A program made the position numbers and the translations under genes. DNA of 63,984 nucleotides, the filler included, from an uncultured bacterium (GTDB lineage: Bacteria > CAZSTA01): NCBI GenBank assembly GCA_964609495.1. It is 4 parts of 4 records of this genome, joined end to end, with 100 filler letters (N's around TTAATTAATTAA, not from the genome) between each part and the next. Parts side by side here need not be neighbours in the genome. Positions count along the whole stretch, not along the records: positions 50,187 to 63,984 come from CAZSTA010000091.1; 3 more parts are not named here. One strand, 5' to 3'. Positions 58,901 to 63,984 of this stretch are shown here, in pieces. Every line of letters starts with the position of its first letter. Within the stretch, counting starts at the first letter, position 1. Under the pieces are notes generated by a model. The model did not search any database, was not told the origin of the DNA, and saw only the letters and a list, made by a program, of their open reading frames with translations.

Positions 58901-58931
58901 TGGCTGTCAGCAGAGATGAAACTGACAGCCA
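58901..58931. repeat. TGGCTGTCAG...CTGACAGCCA palindrome, copy 2
   Basis: 10-bp stem; same core as 30065-30096. Confidence 0.6.
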
Positions 58932-58943
58932 CTCAGCTTTAAT

Positions 58944-59582
58944 TTAACTTATTCCCAAAAGCTCCTTAGCCTTATCAACTGCCGAAGCGGCGTCAGGAGC
59001 ATAACCATCAGCACCGATCTCATCAGCATAGCTTTGAGTAACAGGAGCACCACCGATCATAGCCTTGACCTGATCACGCACTCCCCCAGCCTCCATAGCC
59101 TTCAGGATATCCTTCATCGAGATCATAGTGGTGGTAAGCAGAGCGGACATCGCTATGACATCAGGTTTTTGATTCTTGATGGCATCAATGAACTTATCAG
59201 GAGATACATCTACTCCGAGATCGACGACCTCAAAGCCAGCACCCTCCATCATCATCGCCACTAGGTTCTTTCCAATGTCATGGAGGTCTCCCTTAACGGT
59301 TCCAATAGCAACCTTTCCGGCTGGCTCCGCTCCAGTCTCAGCGAGAACGGGCTTTAAGAGATCCATTCCTGCGTGCATCGCTCGAGCCGCGATTAGCACC
59401 TCAGGAACGTAAAACTCGTTCTTTTTGAACTTCTCTCCTACCACATTCATTCCCGCGATAAGTCCTTCGTTTAGGATCTCCTGAGGATCTATCCTCTCAT
59501 CGAGAGCTTGTTGAGTTAATTCCTTAACCTTCGCCGCCTTTCCATTGATTAGATTTTCGGCAAGCGCCTTTAGATCTGCCAT
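58944..59582 (-). CDS. Methyltransferase-system corrinoid (cobalamin-binding) protein
   Basis: GTVKGDLHDIGKNLV (DxHxxG); SALLTTT; GGAP; GADGYAPDA. Confidence 0.93.
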   Translation of the reverse strand: MADLKALAENLINGKAAKVKELTQQALDERIDPQEILNEGLIAGMNVVGEKFKKNEFYVPEVLIAARAMHAGMDLLKPVLAETGAEPAGKVAIGTVKGDLHDIGKNLVAMMMEGAGFEVVDLGVDVSPDKFIDAIKNQKPDVIAMSALLTTTMISMKDILKAMEAGGVRDQVKAMIGGAPVTQSYADEIGADGYAPDAASAVDKAKELLGIS

Positions 59583-59684
59583 TTAGGTTTAACCCTCCTT
59601 TTTATTATATTATTTACCAGATAAATGAGAACGCATTTTGGGACCGCAATATCCCCAAGATATGGTTAATCCTCAAAATACATA

Positions 59685-60488
59685 TCACCTTTTCTTCGAC
59701 TCCATAACCTCATATTTATCTTTAAGATCTAATAGTATCTTCTTGCTATCCCTTATACTATCTTGTCCAGCCATCTCAAAGACGATATATTTATCGTATC
59801 CTATTTCCACCAGCTTATTTACGAACCCCTCTATATCGATCGTCCCCTCAGCTAAGGAGAGATGATCGTCCTTCTCCCCATAGTTATTGTGCATATGAAT
59901 ACTAATCAGCCTATCTTTTATCACCTCTAAGCAGGGGATCACCTGATCAGGAGCAGCAATATGTAGATGCCCAATATCAAGCAACATCCAGCAGTTATCC
60001 TCATTGAGCTTATCCAATAACCCGATTATATCCTCTGCTAACTCCTCATAAGTATTCTCCACGGCGATATTAACTCCGCTTTCTCTGGCAGATTGGGCAC
60101 ATTCCTTGAGAGATTCAATAAGAAATCTCAAGGGATCTTCCTCATTATATCTTGATCTTTGTCGCATTCCAGTATGTATCACAATGAAATCTGCTCCGAT
60201 ATCTCTAGTGAAATCGATCGTTTTGATTATCTGCCTCTTGCTCTCATTCCTAATACCAGAATTGCGACTACAAGGAGCTATATCCCAAAAGGGAGCGTGA
60301 ACGCTCAGCCTTAGATTGTAGGAGGAGGCGAGTTCCTTAATATACCTCCTTCTCTCCTCGGTGATATCATCTATTTCCATAAGAGAGTATTCACATATAA
60401 TCTCTATCAGGTCTAAACCTTCCTCAGATATAGCTTTGAAAGAATCCTCCAGAGTTTTGGCGACCGCCGAGCATGCCCCAATTATCAT
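59685..60488 (-). CDS. Sugar phosphate isomerase/epimerase (AP endonuclease 2 TIM barrel)
   Basis: SVHAP; VIHTG; AVEN; LDIGH; IHMHNNYGEKDDHL; VFE. Confidence 0.85.
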   Translation of the reverse strand: MIIGACSAVAKTLEDSFKAISEEGLDLIEIICEYSLMEIDDITEERRRYIKELASSYNLRLSVHAPFWDIAPCSRNSGIRNESKRQIIKTIDFTRDIGADFIVIHTGMRQRSRYNEEDPLRFLIESLKECAQSARESGVNIAVENTYEELAEDIIGLLDKLNEDNCWMLLDIGHLHIAAPDQVIPCLEVIKDRLISIHMHNNYGEKDDHLSLAEGTIDIEGFVNKLVEIGYDKYIVFEMAGQDSIRDSKKILLDLKDKYEVMESKKR

Positions 60489-60624
60489 CGATTATTTCTC
60501 CTTTCTTTAATAATACATAAGCCAGGCTCAACACCTGACTTATTCAGCTCTCTAAACAAATATCTTGGAGTTAGATGTAATCATATCACAATAGATATGT
60601 TGTGTCTATAACGATATTGCTTTT

Positions 60625-61383
60625 TTAGGTAATATATTGCGATAACATAGAAAAAGTCTCATCATTTAAGTAGCAGACTCCCACACTCTCATTCTTCCTC
60701 CCCTTATACGCTCTTCGATATTGGCTCGGAGTTAGGCCCTCCCTCTTCTTAAATACCTTGGTAAAGTAACTCTGATCGCTATATCCTACATCGAAGGCGA
60801 TTTGCGTTAATTTGCGTTCTGTGTTTCTTAGGAGGTTTTTAGCCACCTCGATCCTCACCCTGGTGAGATAGTCTATGAAGGTCATTCCCAATTCCTCTTT
60901 AATGAGATGGCTGAAGTAGTAGGGTGAAAGGTCGATCACCTCCGCAACTTCCTCTAAAGTTAGCTTCTCTGAGTAGTGATCTGCTATATACTTCAAAGCC
61001 TCCTTAATCACCTGGCGACTCTCCCTATGCCTCGTTCTATAAACGCTGGAAATGAAACTCTCCATAACCTTGACGATCCAAGCGCACAGTTCCTCTTCGT
61101 CCCCTATATGAGCTAGCTCTTGGATATACTCATAGTTCATCCCCAACAGTTCCTCTAAGCTAGCTCCTCCTTCCACCGCGGCTCGGGAGAGGATCACTGA
61201 TAGTTCTAATAAGCGCGCCTTTAGGACATCGGGTTCCCCATCGGGGCTGAGGAGAACGGAACCAAGCAACTCATTTAATATCTGCCTAGCTCCTGCCTTA
61301 TCGCCTAACCTGACCCTCTCAATAAGCTTCTTCTCCTTCTCCAAGGGATATATATTACATAAACGACTTCTCTTGTCAGACAT
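60625..61383 (-). CDS. AraC-family transcriptional regulator
   Basis: LTLEEVA...SPYYFSHL; RIEVAKNLL; IAFDVGYSDQSYFTKVFKK.EGLTPSQYR. Confidence 0.9.
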   Translation of the reverse strand: MSDKRSRLCNIYPLEKEKKLIERVRLGDKAGARQILNELLGSVLLSPDGEPDVLKARLLELSVILSRAAVEGGASLEELLGMNYEYIQELAHIGDEEELCAWIVKVMESFISSVYRTRHRESRQVIKEALKYIADHYSEKLTLEEVAEVIDLSPYYFSHLIKEELGMTFIDYLTRVRIEVAKNLLRNTERKLTQIAFDVGYSDQSYFTKVFKKREGLTPSQYRRAYKGRKNESVGVCYLNDETFSMLSQYIT

Positions 61384-61385
61384 AG

Positions 61386-62657
61386 CTATCTCTCCTCGAA
61401 TAGGCTAGGTGGGATCTCCTCCCCAGCGATGAGATCGGTCATCGTCTCTCTAGCTCGAACTATATCGATATCTCCGTCGATTATCATCACCTCGGCTGGA
61501 CGAGGATGGGCATTGTAATTAGAAGCCATAGAGAAGCCATAAGCTCCAGCGTTTAATATCGCTAGATAATCATTGGGTCTAGGAAGGGGAAGCTCCCTAT
61601 CCTGGGCTAAGAAATCACCAGATTCACAGATAGGACCTACTATCTCTACCTTCTCTACCTTGGAGTCCTCTCTCTTAGTCACTGGCAATATCTTATGATA
61701 AGCCTGGTAAAGAGCAGGCCTGATCAAAGCGTTCATTCCTACATTTAGCACAACGAACGTCTTCACCTCAGTTCGCTTTACATATAGGACTTCGGCGACT
61801 AGAATCCCCATCTCACCTACGATATATCTCCCAGGTTCGAATATGGGGCGACAACCCAGCTCTCTTAGGATGGGAAGCATAATGTCGGCTAGCTTCGAGG
61901 GATCGGCTATCTTCTCACCTTTATATTGGATTCCCAAGCCACCTCCTAGATTTATATACTGGATGTCCATCCCCTCCGCCCGGAGATCTTTCACCAGATT
62001 GCTCATCTTATCTATCGTATCAGCGAAGGGACTCAATTCCATGATCTGAGAACCGATATGACAATGGACTCCCGTTATCTCCAGATTATCAAGCTGTTGA
62101 ACTTTCTTATACTCCTCCACCGCTCTACTTATATCTATCCCAAACTTGCTCTTCTTGAGGGCGGTGGAGATATAGGGATGAGTCCTAGCATCGATGTTAG
62201 GATTGACTCGGAAGGCGATCCTAACCTTTTTACCCAGCCCTTCAGCGATCCTATTCAGCCTTATCGCCTCTTCCCCCGAATCGATATTGAACATAAGGAT
62301 ATCAGCTTCGACTCCTGCAGATAGCTCCTCATCGGTCTTACCATTTCCGTTGAATACGATCTTGTTCGGAGGAGTCCCCACCAGCAGAGCTTTATATAGC
62401 TCTCCATAGGAAACTACATCCGCTCCGCCTCCAGCTTGAGTTAAAGCTCGACAAACAGCTAAATTGGAATTAGCTTTATAAGCATAACAGATCAAAGGAT
62501 CGAGTTCGTCAAAAGCCCGATAGAACTCCTGATAGTTGCCAATCAGCTTCTGATGATCGTAGAGAAAAAAGGGAGTCCCAACGATATCAGCGATCTCCTT
62601 AATCTCAAATCCCTGACAGCATAACTCATTTTCTTCATAAGTTAGGTTATGAGACAT
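61386..62657 (-). CDS. lysA: Diaminopimelate decarboxylase
   Basis: YAYKAN; HPYIST; SKFG; HCHIGSQ; EPGR; GPICESGD; GAYG..MASNYN. Confidence 0.96.
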   Translation of the reverse strand: MSHNLTYEENELCCQGFEIKEIADIVGTPFFLYDHQKLIGNYQEFYRAFDELDPLICYAYKANSNLAVCRALTQAGGGADVVSYGELYKALLVGTPPNKIVFNGNGKTDEELSAGVEADILMFNIDSGEEAIRLNRIAEGLGKKVRIAFRVNPNIDARTHPYISTALKKSKFGIDISRAVEEYKKVQQLDNLEITGVHCHIGSQIMELSPFADTIDKMSNLVKDLRAEGMDIQYINLGGGLGIQYKGEKIADPSKLADIMLPILRELGCRPIFEPGRYIVGEMGILVAEVLYVKRTEVKTFVVLNVGMNALIRPALYQAYHKILPVTKREDSKVEKVEIVGPICESGDFLAQDRELPLPRPNDYLAILNAGAYGFSMASNYNAHPRPAEVMIIDGDIDIVRARETMTDLIAGEEIPPSLFEER

Positions 62658-62845
62658 CTATCTGCGCTCCTTCTCTCGAATAAAATTATTCACCCACATG
62701 CTGATATACCTTACCATTGCTGATCTTACTTTCGGTGATCAAGCGAAGATAGTCTTCGATCTATCTCCCATTCATCTTACTGCCTCCTAGACATAATAAG
62801 TTGGTTAAAGGGCAAGGTATTCCCTCGCCCTCCAACTCCTCTTGA

Positions 62846-63148
62846 TTAGTAGGTTACGGTGAAAGGAACGACGACTTCTTTGCCCTTGTTACCTTCAGTA
62901 TCCTTGGCAAAGAAAGTGAGATTGTATGTCCCTGCTGGAGCATTATAGGGCACATCTCTCTCCAGCTTATAGACATTCTCTCCAGCGGATTGAAGTACAT
63001 CCCACATTCCATACTCCTTAACCACGAAGTTAACGGACTTCGCCTCTCCTACTACGTTGCTCAACTTGACGGTTACAGTTAAAGTCGCGCCCGGTCTAGC
63101 GCTTGGGGGATCGATGGTGGCTTCAATATCATAAGAGAATTCCGCCAT
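62846..63148 (-). CDS. Hypothetical small Ig-like/beta-sandwich protein
   Basis: Alternating beta pattern; PGATLTVTV; VPYNAPAGTYNLTF; GGAGG SD; no signal peptide. Confidence 0.6.
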   Translation of the reverse strand: MAEFSYDIEATIDPPSARPGATLTVTVKLSNVVGEAKSVNFVVKEYGMWDVLQSAGENVYKLERDVPYNAPAGTYNLTFFAKDTEGNKGKEVVVPFTVTY

Positions 63149-63198
63149 AAAGTTATTCACCTCCTCAATAATTATGATAACTTACTTATCTAACCCCT

Positions 63199-63981
63199 TT
63201 AAGCATTCCTCAAGAGCCATTCTCTAGTCTTCCTTATCAGATCGAGCATAATACCTCTCTCGGTGAAGGTGTGATCTCCTCCTTTGATGATATAAAGCTC
63301 GTTATTCTCATTCAAATCCTTAATGATCTCATAACCAGCCTTGCTAACATCCAGGGGAACTGACTCATCACTATCTCCATGAACGATCAAAATTGGAGTT
63401 TTGATCTTATTCATAACCTCTGTTGGAACATTGTTATCTATATCATCGAGGAAGCCCTTCTTTAGATACCATCCTTTTCCGACTTGGATTGACTCTCCCG
63501 CAAGCAATTTCTTATTTTGCCCCTCATCAACTCCAGCCCTGAAACGTTCCTCCAGAGGTGTTAAAGCTGCGGAATAGAGAACGGCATACTTAACTCTAGG
63601 ATCAGATGCGGTTACACAGGCAGCTACTCTTCCTCCCATGCTCAAGCCAAGAATCCCTATTCTATTCTTATCTACTCCCTCTTGTGCTTCCAGAAAGTCG
63701 AGAGCTTTTATCGCATCGCTTATCTCTCCCGATACGGTCATATCCTCGAAGTTCCCTTCGCTATCTCCTGATCCTCTAAAGTCAATGCGAAGAGCGATAA
63801 ATCCCGCTGAACACAGATCTCTAGCTACATGCACAAAGAGACGATGATCCTCTACTTTGTTTCCCGTGAAACCATGACACATAAGTATTGCAGGAGCTAA
63901 TTTACCTCCCTCCAACTTTGGTTTATGCAACATCCCTACTATCTGCTGTCCTTCATTTTGAAAGGTTACAGGGAGCTCCAT
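63199..63981 (-). CDS. Alpha/beta hydrolase (S9/YcjY-like)
   Basis: CHGFTG; DFRGSGDSEG; GLSMGG nucleophile; HGDSDESV; GGDHTF. Confidence 0.9.
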   Translation of the reverse strand: MELPVTFQNEGQQIVGMLHKPKLEGGKLAPAILMCHGFTGNKVEDHRLFVHVARDLCSAGFIALRIDFRGSGDSEGNFEDMTVSGEISDAIKALDFLEAQEGVDKNRIGILGLSMGGRVAACVTASDPRVKYAVLYSAALTPLEERFRAGVDEGQNKKLLAGESIQVGKGWYLKKGFLDDIDNNVPTEVMNKIKTPILIVHGDSDESVPLDVSKAGYEIIKDLNENNELYIIKGGDHTFTERGIMLDLIRKTREWLLRNA

Positions 63982-63984
63982 AAT

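Noticed and set aside
62658-62845. Lysine riboswitch upstream of lysA
   Set aside because: I could not find the L-box conserved core or multi-stem layout; an Rfam/Infernal scan would settle it.
140-63847. Many 60-140-aa antisense or nested ORFs in the ORF track
   Set aside because: They lie within well-supported genes, lack family motifs and look like shadow ORFs.

Overview
This window is not one locus. It is four contigs (1-16719, 16820-33445, 33546-50086, 50187-63984) joined by artificial 100-nt N44-TTAATTAATTAA-N44 linkers, plus one internal scaffold gap (43058-43157), so adjacency across linkers is meaningless. The source looks like a draft/MAG of an anaerobic, probably diderm bacterium (Skp/OmpH, PorV-like and DUF1302-like barrels, consensus sigma70 promoters, fhs/HdrA/corrinoid protein). 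Contig 1: AbrB-MMPL-LolA-like-barrel operon, an FAD amino-acid dehydrogenase cluster split by a Rid protein and a hybrid kinase, a small polysaccharide cassette, mazG-yabO-skp. Contig 2: hicBA, B12 radical SAM/GT2/GNAT/methyltransferase/PHP genes, GH57-galT, and an operon of NifV-like synthase, LeuC-like, archaeal-type PpcA, LeuD-like and Icd. Contig 3: sucC, a sucD-ferredoxin fusion, korA, secreted hydrolases, hsp20-lon, PorV-like gene and a large beta-helix protein. Contig 4: GH38 operon, queH, hdrA, fhs, corrinoid protein, AraC, lysA. The most notable non-coding signals are (i) nine copies of a BoxC/REPIN/MITE-like intergenic element made of two inverted hairpin units with G-quadruplex-forming tails and TTAAGYAG-type ends, and (ii) a 40-bp IS200/IS605-end-like hairpin sitting exactly between the Shine-Dalgarno and the ATG of the PHP phosphatase gene. 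No rRNA, tRNA or CRISPR array was seen.
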